Shown: positions 40,205 to 57,316 of the stretch, piece after piece
Layout: each line of letters starts with the position of its first letter
How positions within the stretch are numbered: position 1 is the first letter of the stretch
From: the human T2T-CHM13v2.0 reference genome, Homo sapiens
Reading direction: 5' to 3'
DNA: 64,000 nt
NCBI GenBank assembly: GCA_009914755.4
Contig: CP086569.2
Location: 19,872,001 to 19,936,000, forward strand
The notes under the pieces: generated by a model
The model's database searches: none
Seen by the model: only the letters and a program-made list of their open reading frames with translations
What the model was told of the DNA's origin: nothing
Made by a program: the position numbers and the translations under genes

Positions 40205-42807
40205 AACGTCCACCTCTTTTTTAAAGGAATGCCGCCTAAGGAAGGGAAGGGACATCTAAACTTGGCAGAACGGCAGGTATCCAGGCTCTGCAAGGCAGTC
40301 ACAGGCCGGTGGAGGCTAGTCTTCTCAGCAGGTAGATCCCTGCTGACAAGCAAATTCTCAATACACAAATACCTGTTTGTTTTAGTTTAATTATAATTTG
40401 AAATGTCACATAATTTGTTTCATCCACAAGGAACTTAATATTTCTCAGTAAAAATTAATCAAGGATTTCTACAGGCCATGTTGTGGCAACTAATATGAGA
40501 CTTGCCCTCCCACAAAAACAATTATAAATCTTGTCAATAGTAAATGGACAATATTTATAAAATACCTGTTTTCAGAGATTAGATACTGTGACCTCAGGGA
40601 GAAGAGAAACAAAGCCACGTGTCCCACATAAGCCCAGCTTCCTACATAAAAAATTTTAACATTTTATAGGGCAGAAGCCAGGTGGAGGGACGCAGCTGCT
40701 CTGAATTTAGAAGGCTGAGGCCAGAATTTAGGGAAACTGACAGCATTTGCAAAATACTGAAAAGGGGCAAGGAAGAAAAAGAATTGCAGAAATACGCAAA
40801 GTGTCCTACTTGAGTATTACTGAGTGCTAGTATGCACACCATACAGGATAAGATTATGTCTGGCCAGGTAAAGGATAACCAGTTAAGATCAACCTGAGCC
40901 ACCCGCAGAGACTACAGAGTTGGAGAGAGATCAAGTTTTGACTAGCCAGAGTTTAGAGGCATCTCTGAACCAGCAAGGATTTCAGTAGATATCAGAAGAA
41001 TCCCAGCAGGATCATGCTCTAGTAATAGGATTAAATTAGCATTACAATAAAGCAGCCCACTCTAACAAAGTTTAAGAACAAGCCTTGAAGAGATCAAGTT
41101 GACCCACAAGTTGCTAAACTAATTTAATAAAGATCAAGATGTTTTAAAGACAAAAATAAAAATTTCAGACATTAAATATAACATTTATATACTCAGTATG
41201 GGCCTATTACAAAGGGCAACAAATTTTAAACAGAAACACACCCTAAAATGACATAGACAATGGACTTAACAGACACAAAATTAAGCATTATAAACTGCTG
41301 AAATATTTAAATGAAGCCATATACATATTAGGAAAGAATTAAAAAGGTATTTAAACAAGAACAATGAGAGAAACCCATGCAACATCCAGTGATTACAACA
41401 CCTGGAATAAAAAAATGCATTGGGAGGGCTTAACAGCAGACTAGATACTAAAAAAGACAAATATCACTGAATTTAATGACAGAGGAGAAGAAACTATCAA
41501 AATGAAATTATGGAAGGAAAAAAAAAAGACTGAGAAAAAAGTAAAAGAGCTTCAATGACATGTGGGAACATCAAGTGGTCTAATATTTAGTGTTATGTCC
41601 CAGATAGAGGAGTTTGGGCAGAAGGAAATAAATTAAACATAAAGGCTGAAAATCTTGAAACTGGATAAAAACCATGAAACTCCAGATACAAGAAGCCTGG
41701 CAAATGGAATCAAGACAAATCAAAACACATCCTACCTAAATTTCTGAAAGCCAGTCAAAACAGGAAAAACTTTCAAAATACCCAGAGAGAAAGGCACAGA
41801 GGATAAAGAAGAGGCATGGTAAGAATGCCTGCACAGATTTTTTCGGGGGACTACAGAAGCCATAAAAGTTCTGAAAGGCAGAGATACAAAATAAAGACTG
41901 TCAAATGAAAACTTCAAAATATTTTTCAAAGATGAAGGCAAAATAAAGACAATTTTCCAAGAAACAAACCTGAGATAATCTCTAGCAGACTTCACTACAA
42001 GACATGTTGAAAGAAGTTCTTAGTACTAAAGGAAAATGGCAGGGAATGGAATCCTCGATCAACCACAAGAAAGAGGAGTCTCAGAACAGGTAAACAGACA
42101 GGTAAATGCAAGATTACTTTCATTTTTTACTATCTTTAAAATATGCTTAACTACTTTAAACAAAAAATAGTAATGCACCATATGTCTGATAATACGTAGA
42201 AGTAAGATACACAACAAATACAAAGGATGGGAAGGAAGCTGTGGACATCTACTGTGCACGACTTTGACACCATAAGTGACACAGAAAAAAGATTGTGATA
42301 AGTTAAAAACATATTGGAAACATGACAAGGACACAAAGCAGAAAAATGCACATAGCCAATTAGCCAATAATAATTAAATGGAAATATAACACAACACCCA
42401 AGAAGAAGAAAAGAAATAAAGGACTGGGATAAGTAGAAGCTAAACAGTAAAATGATTGACTTCAGTTCAACCATGTTAATGATTACAATAAATGGACACC
42501 ATAAAAATGCAGCAATTCTTAGAATAAAAAAGCAGTAGCTACCTTTATTATGTTAAGAAACACATTTTAAATTCAAAGAAACAGATACATAAAACATAAA
42601 ATTATGGATAAAGATATATCATGTAAACACTAATCAAAAAAAGAGCCAGAGTTACCACAGTAGGAAAGGAAAATGTAGATTGTCTCAACAAAGGATACTA
42701 CCGGGAATAATGAAAAAAGGTCAATTCAAGAAAATACAGTAATTTGGAATGTGTATGCACCCAGTAACAGTGCTTCAATATATGTAAGGAAACAACTAAC
42801 AGATTCA

Positions 42808-44808
<2,001 letters not shown>

Positions 44809-47016
44809 TTTTCAGTAGTTAAGAGAACAAATGGTAGAAAACAGGTAAAATTATAAAGCTTTTAAACCACAGTTTCCATCAATTTGACTGAATGGACATT
44901 TACAGAACATCCACACAACAACAGAGCAAAGACTCTTTTTAAGCTCACATGGAATACTGACTCAGAGAGTTCATATGCGGGGCCATGTCACAAGTTTCAA
45001 TAAATATGAAAGGATTGAAATAGAACAGAATATGTTCTGTGATCATAATAGAATTAAATAAATTACAAGACATTGGGAAAATCCCTAGCTATCTGACACA
45101 TAACAATGTATTTCCAAATAATCAACGGTTAGAAAAAAAAATCATTAAAGGAAATTGAAAATATTTTTAACTAAATGACAATGAAAATGTGGTATATCAA
45201 AATTTGTGTGACACAGGTAAATAATGCTTAGAAAGAAGTTTACAGGTCTAAAATTTATAAATAGAAAATAAGATATAAAAATCAAAGGACTAACTTCCAC
45301 TTTAAGAAAATAACAAAAATTAAACATAAACTATGCGGAATGAAGGAAATAAAAAGCAGAAATCAATAACAGAGAAAATGAACAGACAATGTCAATGAAA
45401 CCAAAAACAACTGCTTTGAAATGATCACTAAAATAGAGACAGGATATAAATTACCCATGTTAGGAGTGAAAGAAGGAAGCCAACAAGGGCTAAAAAATAA
45501 TAATGGAATAGTATAAACTTTATGCCATTAATGTTGTCAACATATAAAATGAACCAATTTTCTGAAAAACGAATTTCCAATGAACAAGAAAATCTAACTC
45601 TATACCAAAGAAATTCAATTCACAATCAAATGTTTTCCCAAAAAGTAAATTCTTGGATTAGATCATTTCAAGAGTGAATTTTTTCAACATTTAAAAAATA
45701 AATAAGACAAATTTTATGCCAACTATTAAAAATATTACAGGAGGCTTTAAAAAAAATCCCCAACTTACCTCTAGACATCAAACTAAAGACAATAAAAAAG
45801 CCAATACAGATCCATCTATTTCATGAATATGAGCACCAAACGTCCTGAACAAAATATCAGCAAATCTAACACTGTGACATATGAAAGATACTCAGCATGA
45901 CTCCATGAGGTTTATGCCAGTAACACAAGGTTGGCGTGACTAATATGAAATCAAAATACCGTACCATATTAATAGATAAAGGAAAAAATTGTTACAGTAT
46001 CTCTACAGATACAGAAAAGCTTTGGAAAAATCTAACACTTATTCATGACAAAAGCCCTCAGAAAACTAGGACTAGAAAGAATTTCCTCATCCAGAGAAAC
46101 AAAACAGGACACATGACCAAGAGGACATGCAGACAGACAGCAAAACAAGCACGTGAAACAATGTTCAGCACAATTAGCCATCACAGAAACACAAACTGCA
46201 ACCACAATAAGATGTCACTGCACACCTGTCAGAATGACTAAAATAAAAACTGATGACTGAATATGGCAAAAACACAGAGAAACCAGATCAATCATCTGGT
46301 GCCGGTGAGGATATGTAAAAGTACAGCCACTGTGGAAAATAGTTTGACAGCCCCTTTGAAAGCTACACTGTGTGATCCAGGAACTGCTGCATGCACACAC
46401 ACCCCAGCACCATTCTCAGATAAGGAGGTGCTGTTCCCTGACATATGACTTCACGATTTAACAGCTGCCTGGTTTTCCTTACCCCCAGGGAAGCAGGTAA
46501 AAGGCAACTGTCAACAGGGAAGAGTCAATGCCAAGCCCAGCATCTCCATCTGCTCAGTAGAATCTTATTTCCTTCATTCACTGACCATACAGAAATGTAA
46601 AATGTCATAACTCTGAAAATATAAATTATGCATAGTATCCTACATAATTTAAATAAACAATCACAGAGCATTTGGAATTAAAAACCCGTGAAAACAAATC
46701 ATCTGAGTAGCACCTCACTGCCTGGCTTTGACCAACAAGCCTGACTAGATCAGCAGACTTTGAACAATTTTCAAACAGAACTTCTGACTTGAAGACTAAT
46801 GGAGCTTATGTGACATACAGAGAGAAAAGAGAAGAAAGAAAAACATTTCTATGTTCCTGAGAAAGAAAAAATTAAAAACAGAATATTCATTTGCAAATAT
46901 CTGGTTTTACTGATTTGAAATTCTACACTTGCAGACATGTAACTTCAAGTTGGCAAGCATCAATACGAAATGGCAAAAGGGAGGGCAAACAGTCAAATTA
47001 GAAATAAAAATTTCTG

Positions 47017-47316
47017 GCCGGGTGTAGTGGCTCATATCTGTAATCTCAGTACTTTGGGAGATGAAGGTGAGAGGATTGCTTGAGGCCAGGAGTTCAGGAC
47101 CAACATGGGCAATACCACAAGACCCCATCTCTACAAAAAACCTTAAAAATTAGCTTGGCGTGGTGTGCACCTGTACTATCTACTCAAGAGGCTGTGGAGA
47201 CAGCATCACTTGAGTCCGGGAGTTTGAGGCTGCAGTGAGCTATGACCATATCACTATATTCCAGTCCAGGTAACAGTGACAATCTGTCTCTTAAAAAATA
47301 AAATAAATTGAAAAAG
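47017..47316 (+). mobile_element. Alu SINE
   Basis: 'ggccgggtgtagtggctcatatctgtaatctcagtactttgggagatgaagg' through 'gtgacaatctgtctcttaaaaaataaaataaattgaaaaag'. Confidence 0.85.
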
Positions 47317-47329
47317 AAAAGGGACATTA

Positions 47330-47425
47330 AGAAGAGCAGGAGGTGAAATAGAGGGAGAGAGAGGGCCAGGAGAGGGAGGAAGAGGAGGAAGAAGAGGAGA
47401 AAGAGGAGAAGAAAGAAAACCTAAA
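47330..47425 (+). repeat. GA-rich low-complexity tract
   Basis: 'agagcaggaggtgaaatagagggagagagagggccaggagagggaggaagaggaggaagaagaggagaaagaggagaagaaagaaaacc'. Confidence 0.85.
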
Positions 47426-48061
47426 TTCGAGGAAACTCCAGAATTACCTAAAACTGAATAATGTGCTAAGCTATCACAGAAACTATTTTGGCATAATTCT
47501 GAATGAACCTACATAAGGAATAAAGAAATTGCAAAACAAATTCTCAATGCATTAAATAAATTAGCTGGTCTAAACAGAAACAGATGTGAAACCTGGAAAC
47601 TACTATTAAAAATAAAAGAATGCAGTAGTCTCGATGCTGCTCACCCCCAGAGCCAGCAGCCATTGCATGCAGCTCTTTGCCACTTTCAGCTTCCACTAAG
47701 TTTCACCATCTAGTTTATCAGTTCTAATAAAACATGAACCTTGGAAGTAGGGAACAAAAATTTACCACTCTTGAATTGTGTTAGAGAAGGTTTTTCCTGA
47801 GCTACAGGTGCTATTAAAGCATAATTCCAAGGCACAGTGGGACAAAGAAATAACAATCTAGATATTCCCACGAACAAAACTCCTTAAAAACCTTTTTTTT
47901 ACACAATCTTCCTTGATTCACAGAACGAGTCTGCTGAAAAGATGTAGGTCATTTAATTTTTTTTAGTTAATCATTTATTTTCTATTTTCTGTTCTTGCCT
48001 ATCAAGGTTTAACATTAATCAGTCTATTTTACAAAAACTAGAGTGATTGTTGCTACTTTCA

Positions 48062-48394
<333 letters not shown>

Positions 48395-48879
48395 TCAGAT
48401 TTACCATCAATCATCATAAAAAAAAGTTCAATCATAAAACGACAGCTATAATACTAAGATCCAGGTGTTTTTACCATATGCTCACAGGCCTATTTAGTTT
48501 CAAACATGGAAAAATATTCTATTACAAAAATCCATTGCTCTTTGACCATGCCATCATCCTACTTCTCAGAATCTATTCTAATAACGGAAGAGCAAAAGCA
48601 AAAGATGACACACAAGACTGCTTCTTGCAGGATTATTTATAACAACAGAAGATTTTTGTGAAACAAAGGGGGAACAAACAGTACTAGCTGAATGAAGCAG
48701 AGCAAATGCAGCAGTAAAGACAGAGAAAGGAAGAAAGGACAGCAAACATGATGACCTCAAGGTATTGTTATGGAAATATCTCAAGGATATAGACAGTGAA
48801 ATGGAGATTGCAAGGTGCAGCACATATATGTAGAAAATACATTATAGTTAAGAACAAGGGAAGGAGAAAATTTGTGTAT

Positions 48880-49310
48880 GTTCATACATATCCGTATGCA
48901 TGTATAACTTTGTATATGTGCATGTTCATCAGTGTATGGATATGCATCCGTGTATTTGTGTGTGCATATTCAGCGTGTGCATGAGTGTCTAATCTGCATT
49001 GTGTGATGTGTGTGTGCAAGCATATCTGTATGTGCACATGCACATGTATGTTTGTGTACATGGGAATCTGTGTGTGTATAACTGTGCATACGAGCACCTG
49101 AGGATCTGTTCGTGTGTGTGCATATTGGTGTGTGAACATTTATGTGTGGATGAAAGTGTGCCTGCTTATCCGTGCATGCATCTGTGTATGTTAGGGCATG
49201 CAAATCTGTTCCTATTTGTGCCTGTGAGTGCATCTGTGTGTCTGCAAGTGCTTCTGTGTGTGTCCACATATATCTGTCCAGACATGTATGTGTGCGTAAT
49301 ACCTACAGAG
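48880..49310 (+). repeat. About 430 bp TG/CA-rich imperfect low-complexity repeat with alternating purine and pyrimidine (Z-DNA-prone)
   Basis: 'gtatgcatgtataactttgtatatgtgcatgttcatcagtgtatggatatgcatccgtgtatttgtgtgtgcatattcagcgtgtgcatgagtgt...tgtgtgtgcaagcatatctgtatgtgcacatgcacatgtatgtttgtgtacatggg...gtgtgtgtccacatatatctgtcc'. It produces the Cys/Val/His/Thr-rich overlapping ORFs 48796-49420 on both strands. Confidence 0.85.
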
Positions 49311-49337
49311 GGAGGAAGGGGACAGGAACAGATGCTA

Positions 49338-49671
<334 letters not shown>

Positions 49672-49674
49672 ATT

Positions 49675-49705
<31 letters not shown>

Positions 49706-49829
49706 TTCATATAATTAAAAAGTCAATTACACCAAACTTTTTAAACTCCTAAAAAATAAAAAGCAGCATATATTATTTGGAGGTTAATCAAAGAGAAAAT
49801 TTATCCAAGTGACTTTTGAGGTTTCAGAG

Positions 49830-50136
49830 TTTTTTTTTTTTTTTTTTTCCTTTTTTAGGGCCCCTTCTGTCACTCAGGTTGGAGTGCAGTAGAGTGATCG
49901 TGGCTCACTTTAACCTCAACTTCCTGGGCTCAAGCAATTCACTTGCCTTAACCTCTTAAGTAGTTGGAACTATAGGTATGTGTCACAATGCCTGGCTAAT
50001 TATTTTCAATTTTTGAACAAATGGGGTCTCGCTATGTTGCCCAGGCTGGTCTCAAACTTTTGGACTCAACCAGTCCTCCCACTTCAGTCTCCCCAAGTAC
50101 TGGGATTACAGGTATAAGCCATGCTTGGCACCCAGC
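49830..50136 (-). mobile_element. Alu SINE
   Basis: T18 'ccttttttagggccccttctgtcactcaggttggagtgcagtagagtgatcgtggctcac' through 'gggattacaggtataagccatgcttggcacccagcc'. Confidence 0.85.
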
Positions 50137-50885
50137 CAGAAAAATTTTAATTATAAAATAAAATAGTTCAAAATACTACACAAGTGTAGGTATGCCTAGA
50201 AAGTTATTACAAGGCAAATACTCTCTAAACAACCGCAAGGTCCCCTAGGAGACCCTCCAGTGTTCCAACCTGAACACAGTCCCCTCTTCTTTCCCAAGAT
50301 GGATCACTTCCACCTCCTTGATTTGCATAAGAGTTTATGCCCAAATGGACACCTTCAGACACTAGAGCTGAGTTCTGCCCATCCTCGCTATCTTCAAAGT
50401 CATGTTTAATCTATAGGTCCCCTTCACCTCTACCTCTGATTCGCCTGCTGAAAGGCCTTCATTTGGTTGTCTGCATACTTGTGGTCCAGGGTGACTGGCT
50501 CTTACATCCACCTGGAGCCCAGCCTATGCTCCAGCTGGCCCTCAGCAACACAGCAATGCTGCCACCCAGAGGCACTAGGTCCAGGTTCTCCTCTGCTGTT
50601 GTGGTGGCCACTCATGCTCAGCACCCAGACAGACACTATATCACTAAAGGATGGAAAGGGAGATGACCTGTCCTCCTTTTTACTTTCAGCTGGAACAGAA
50701 GCAAACAGGTCACCTTCTACCCTTTTGGGCTGGGTGTGGTCACACAGTAGAACAGCTCCTGCAGGAAAGGGTGGCTCCCTGTTCCTCTTCACCCACATTT
50801 TAAGACAATGAACTGGCACTGCCAACCCCAGATGGTGACCAGTGGGGTGAGCTCCAGTATTTCATGAGTTTCAATACAATGTGAT

Positions 50886-50980
50886 TAATAATAATACCAA
50901 CTGTTATTACTATGGGATAATATAATTAGAATGTTAAATATTATAATGTAATAACAACAATTATTATTATTACAGAATCT
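50886..50980. repeat. AT-rich imperfect inverted repeat, hairpin-capable, with arms of about 25 bp
   Basis: The left arm 'taataataataccaactgttattac' mirrors the reverse complement of the right arm, which reads 'gtaataacaacaattattattatta'. The spacer holds the palindromic octamer 'attataat'. Confidence 0.5.
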
Positions 50981-52530
50981 CATATTGTCCCATGATTGGC
51001 CAATGGGAATCATTTCATGTGGTGCTTTAGCACTGGCAACATGAACCTAGTAGACTTTGGTGATTTCACTGCAATCTGATATTGTAAGATGCTCATTGCT
51101 ACTGTACTGGACATTGTTTCGAGGTATTTTCAGTAGACAGAGCAAGAAGAGAGCGAGGGGGAGAGAGAACTAACAAACATAAGTTAACTCGTGAGTTCCT
51201 ACTGACATTGCCAATTCCAAGTCAATACACAGGATGTTTTATTTAGCCTCTTCTATCCTACAGCTGCATGTCCTTTCTTTCATATTGAGAATCCTGATTT
51301 TCAAGAACTCGGGGGAAGACAGAATTAGATTTCTAACAGGCTCTGTGGCTGTGGGTGGTGTGTTTGGATCTGCCAGCATTTTGAGCTTTGTAGAGCAAAG
51401 TGATAATTTCATTTTATAGTAAATGCTGTCTAGGGGTTCTTGGCTCTAACTAGTTGCTTAGTCTCTCCTCTTAGATATACATGTTAATTTAAAAATCAAC
51501 AATCTTATTGAGATCTAATGGCCACACAATAATCCTCATGCTTAACATATAAAATCTGATGTGTTATGGCGCATGTGCACATCTGTGAAACCACCATTAA
51601 CATCATGACATCTCCATAATCATGAAGGTATATACACGCCCTCTTCTGCTGACTGCAGGTGTGTAGCAATCTGCTTTATGTTGCCAGCTCTGTTGCTGTT
51701 GTTGCAAGGATTTGGGAACGTATGACAACTGTTGCACAACCATCTCCAAGGATTTGAGAACTGCATATGACTTAATAGACAGAAACTGAACTGTACCTTC
51801 TAGTGGGACATATCCTAAGGGAAAAAAAATTACAAATTTTAAATAACCTTCCATTACCATAACATTCATGTTCACGTTAGTGCTGTAATACGGAAACACA
51901 TATACACATATGCAAGCATGAGCTGCCATCACTTTGCACAGTTAACATGGGAACATAAACATGACCATTTAAGCTAAATCCATGCAGTGTAATCTTAATA
52001 ATTAAAGGGAAAATGGCAGTCATTTCATGGCTATTAAAAACTTGTCAGAAGACTGAAACTTTCTTCCTGTCAATTATAAATGTATGTAGAGACAAAAAGA
52101 ATACAACTAGTGTTCACTGAGTACACTGTAATTTAAACAGTGGAAACACTGAAAGTAAGTGTCTTCTTTCTTAAAATCTTACAGAAGTTTGAACACAACT
52201 TGCCTCCTCCTCATCACACAATTTATGATACAAAGAGAGCATCTTCTCAAGGCTTGGGCACTGCCATGTGGCCATGGAAACTTGAGATGAGCTTACATTG
52301 TGCACTGTAGAGGCTTTCAGTGTCATGAAACACACCTGAGAATTCCTTTAATGTGAAATTTTTTGTTGGCATCACTTCCTTCAGGACAGCTTAATCTTTT
52401 TCAGCACAATGATTTTCCCCATTTATGTCAGTAAGTTCAACTTCACTCAATTCCTCTGGTTTGACAGCGGCCTGAAGGGCAGCGGTGTGAACAATCCATT
52501 CACTTTCCCCCAGCTTCCTTCAAAGCCATG

Positions 52531-52578
52531 ATTGCACCTTGCATTCCAGCCTGAGTGACAGAGTGAGACCCTGTCTCA
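52531..52578 (+). mobile_element. Alu 3'-terminal fragment followed by a short (CA)n
   Basis: 'gattgcaccttgcattccagcctgagtgacagagtgagaccctgtctcacacacacacatac'. Confidence 0.6.
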
Positions 52579-53121
52579 CACACACACATACATGAAAAAG
52601 GTGAAAGGGTAATAAGAATATACACTGTCTTAACATAAATCTAAGAAAGTAGGAAGGACTATATTAATATTAGAACAAACAGACTTCAGAACAAAAAAAA
52701 AATTAGCACAGACAAGAAATTTACAGAAAAATAAAAAGGTATGGTAATCCTAAATGTGTACACACCAAACAAAAAAAAATCTAAAAAAACTTGTGTAGCA
52801 CAAACTGATTGAACTGAAAAGAAAATCAGGTAAATTAACATTTACACTTAAAGGCTTCAATATCCTTCTCTTGACAATTAATAGAACAATGAGAGAGAAA
52901 GCAAGGATATAAAATACAGCAAGGATACAAAATCATCAACCAACAGGATCTAATAATCATTTAAATTTTTTTTCACTCAAACAACAGAAAGCACATTCTT
53001 TTCCAGAGCCAGAACACTCCCCCAAAAGAAGTCTCCAGGGCCAAATGTTATCACTGAGAATGTTAGCAATTATACGACACCAAGTGCACAGAGTCTCCTT
53101 CAGGAAATAAAAGAAAAGAGA

Positions 53122-53432
53122 GGGGCCAGGTGAGGTAGGTCATGCTTGTAATCACAGCACTCTTGAGAGGCGAAGTTGAGAGAATCACTCGAGCTAAACA
53201 GTTTGAGAACAGCCTGAGCAATATTGATAGGCCCTGTCTCTACAAAACAGTAAAACAATTGGCTGAGCCCAGTGGTGCACACCTGCAGTCCTAGCTACTC
53301 AAGAGGCTGAGGCGGGAGGATCACTTGAGCCCAGAAGTTCAAGGCTATGGTGAGCTATCATAGCTATCACTGCATCACTATACTTCAGCCTAGGGGACAG
53401 AACAAGACCCTGTCTCTTTAAAAAAAAAAAAA
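53122..53432 (+). mobile_element. Alu SINE inside the L1M
   Basis: 'ggggccaggtgaggtaggtcatgcttgtaatcacagcactcttgagaggcgaag' through 'aacaagaccctgtctctttaaaaaaaaaaaaa'. Confidence 0.85.
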
Positions 53433-54984
53433 GGAGAGAAGGAAAAGAGAATAATTCCTAATCCATTTTATGAAGCCACTATTTTTTTTTTAATGGAATA
53501 CTTCACAAATTTGCATTTTATTCTTGTGCAGGGGCCATGTTAATCTTTGTATCATTCCAATATTTAGTATATATGCTGCTGAAGTGAGCACTGTGAGGCT
53601 ACTATTATCCTCATACCAAAACAAGGGGAAAACAGTACCAGAAAACTACATACATACATCCATAATAAACAGACACAGAAACACAACAGAATATTAATGT
53701 ACATAATAATGCAAAAATACATAAGAAGAACTATAAATCATGGCCAAGTATGATGTATTCCAGGGGTGCAAGGCTGGGCCATTATTTAAAAATTAATCAA
53801 TGTAATCTATCATATGAATAGACTTTAGAAGAAAAATCACATCATATAAAATTGAATTTTTAAAAATATTTGACAAAATGCAGAAGATATGTCAACAACT
53901 TTCAGAAAGTGTTGCTATTTGTACATAACATGATTTTGTGTATATTTATGTATATATATACACATATATAATTCAAAGAATTCATAAGGTTGCAGATATA
54001 AGATAAAAATTAACTATATTTCCATATGTAAGCAATGAATACATGGACACCAAAGTTAGAAATATGCATACCATTTGCAATTGCTTTAAAAAATGAAAAA
54101 CTGAAATGTAAATTTAATAATATACTCATAGGATTTACATGTGGAAATCTACAAAATGTTGATGAAAGTTATTGAGAGATCTAAACAAATGGAAAGATAT
54201 AACATGAACTAGACGATTTAAAATAAAGACGTCAATTCCACTCAAAGTGACAAACAGGTTTAACTTAATGACTATCATAGTCCCAGGAAATTTTTTTAAA
54301 AAGATATGGGTAAGATTATGCATAGATAGGCAAAGTTGTTTGGAACAGCTAAAACAATGGGGGGGAAAATGAATAAAAAATGGGAGAAATTAGCCCATCA
54401 GATTTTAAGTCTAGTCAGATAGCTACAGTAATCAAGATAGTTTGATACGGGAGAAGGAACAGAAACACGGATCAGTGGAATAAAATGGAGAACCTAGAGA
54501 GAGTCCCCCCAACATAAAAATATGACAGCTAATTTTGATGCATGCACAAAAGCAATTTATGGAGAACAGAGTCTTTGCAATAAATGATGCTAGAGCATTT
54601 GGATATACATAGCCAAACAACCACAAAGCCTTGACCTAAACCTTACATCTTGTACAATAATTACCTTGAAACACATCACAGATCTCACTGTACAACTTTT
54701 AGGAAAAGAACACAGAAGAAATACTCAGGGCGTAGGGCTTGATGAATTCCTAGACAGGACATCAAAGGCATAACCCATAAAAGAAAAAAAAAATAGATCA
54801 GTTGCACTTTAACAAAATTAAATACATTGAATATGTAAAGATCTTTGCAGAAGATGAGAACATGCTGAACATCATTAGCCATGAGGGAAATGCAAATATA
54901 GACCATGATGAAGTATCACTACACACATGGGCCAGATGTGGCAAAAGTAGAGTCTTATGAACTGTTGGTGGGAGTGTAAAGTAA

Positions 54985-55340
<356 letters not shown>

Positions 55341-56896
55341 TAATTACCATAAAACCCAGCAACCTCACTCCTGGACATTTGTCACAGAAAAATAAAAACA
55401 TTTGTCCACAAAGAAGTTGTACATAATTGTTCAAAGCAGTTTTATTTACAACAAAAATCCGTATACAACAAAAAGCTTCAACCAACAATGGTGAATGGTT
55501 AAAAAATATTATGGTGCATACATCCATGAAATCCTAGTTAGCTGTAAAAAAGGAATGAAATATTGACATACACAATAATCTGGATGGATCTCAAGAGTGT
55601 TGTGCTAAGTAAAAAGTGTCTCCAAAGGTCATGAATGGTTTATTTCATTTACACAGAATTTCAGAAATGACAAATTTATTGAAATGGAGAACTAATTTAT
55701 GGTTGCCCTGGGTGAGGACACCACTGGGCTGGAAGCAGAGGGATGGCTGAGCCCACGAGGTTAGTGTGAGGGAGATCCTCACAGTAGTGCAACAGTTCTG
55801 CACTTTGACTGCGTTGATGGTGATAGGAACCCATATTTAAGATGAAATAACACAGCCCCATGTGCACACACTGTACCAGTGTCAATATCCTGATCTGATA
55901 TTCTACTACAGATAAGCTGTCAACCACTGGGGGAATCTAGGTGAAGGGGAAACACAGGATCGCCCTGTACTATCTTTGCAACTTACAAGGAGTCAAATAG
56001 TTATTTCAATATAAAAGTTATTTTTTAAAAAAGGTGTTGTTCACTCTAGGAATAAGTTTTGAATAACAAATTAAAAGCTCTCAATTTAGGTCGATGATAC
56101 AACTGCAATCTATCTTTTCTCTTAAAATGTATCTATATAACTTTGCTATACTAGTATAAAAATATTCATATTTCACAAATAAATTGCTTTTCATAACAGC
56201 CCTTCCCAAACATGAACAGTCTTAAATTTTGGAAATGGACAAAATTTCAGCAGTGCTAATATACTACGATGGTATTGAAGCAACAATCAGATTTAAATAA
56301 TACGTAGATTTTTAAAAATATTTTTAAATAAAAAAGACCTATCAAGTTTATACATATATAGACTTTCAAATATACTTTCAAACCTTCAGTTTTAATTCTA
56401 TTTTTAGGAAACAGTTATGTAACAACATAGGAAAATGGTAGCATCAATTAGACTGAACACAATATGCTCATTAGCAAACAATCTTTCATGTATGACTTGA
56501 GAAAGTCTAGAAAGATTCAGAAGCAAACCATGTAAAGCTGTACAGCAGAGCCAAGGTGAAAACAAGAAACCAGGAAAGAAAGCAAAACTTCAAATACATG
56601 AATCAAAAACAGACAGAATTGAAGGAAAAAATAGATATTGCAACAGAAATATTGACAAAATTCAACACCACACTTTCAATAATTGTAGGACAACTAGATA
56701 GAAGATATATAAGGAAAAAGAAGATTTAAACAATGCTGCAGACCAACTAGTAGAGAAATCTATAGAGCATTCCACTCAACAGGAGCAGAATATAGATTTT
56801 GCTCAAGTGCATACAGAACATTCACAAGGATATCCAATGTGTTAGGACATTAAACAAAGTTGAATACATTTAAACAGACAGAAATAATATAAAGTG

Positions 56897-57210
56897 GCCA
56901 GGCGCTGTGGCTCATGCCTGTAATCCCAAACTTTAGAGGCTGAGGTGGCCGATAGCCTAAGGTTGGGAGTTCGAGACCAGCCTGGTCAGCATGGTGAAAC
57001 CCTGTCTCTACTAAAAATGCAAAAACTAGCTGGGCATGATGGCAGGCACCTGTAATCTCAGCTACTTGGGAAGCTTAGGCAGGAGAATTGCTTGAACCCA
57101 GGAGGCAGAGGTTGCAGTGAGCCAAGATCATACCATTGCACTGCAGCCTGGGCAATAGCGTAAGACTCCGTCTCAAAAAAAAAATAAATAATAATAATAA
57201 TAATAATAAA
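56897..57210 (+). mobile_element. Alu SINE with a (TAA)n tail
   Basis: 'ggccaggcgctgtggctcatgcctgtaatcccaaactttagaggctgaggtggccgatagcc' through 'ccgtctcaaaaaaaaaataaataataataataataataataa'. Confidence 0.9.
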
Positions 57211-57316
57211 GTATGTACTCCAACTACAATGGAATGGAATTAGAAATCAATAACAAAGAAATTTAGAAAATTTATAAATATGTGGAAATTCATATTCATT
57301 AATAAACTATGAATCA

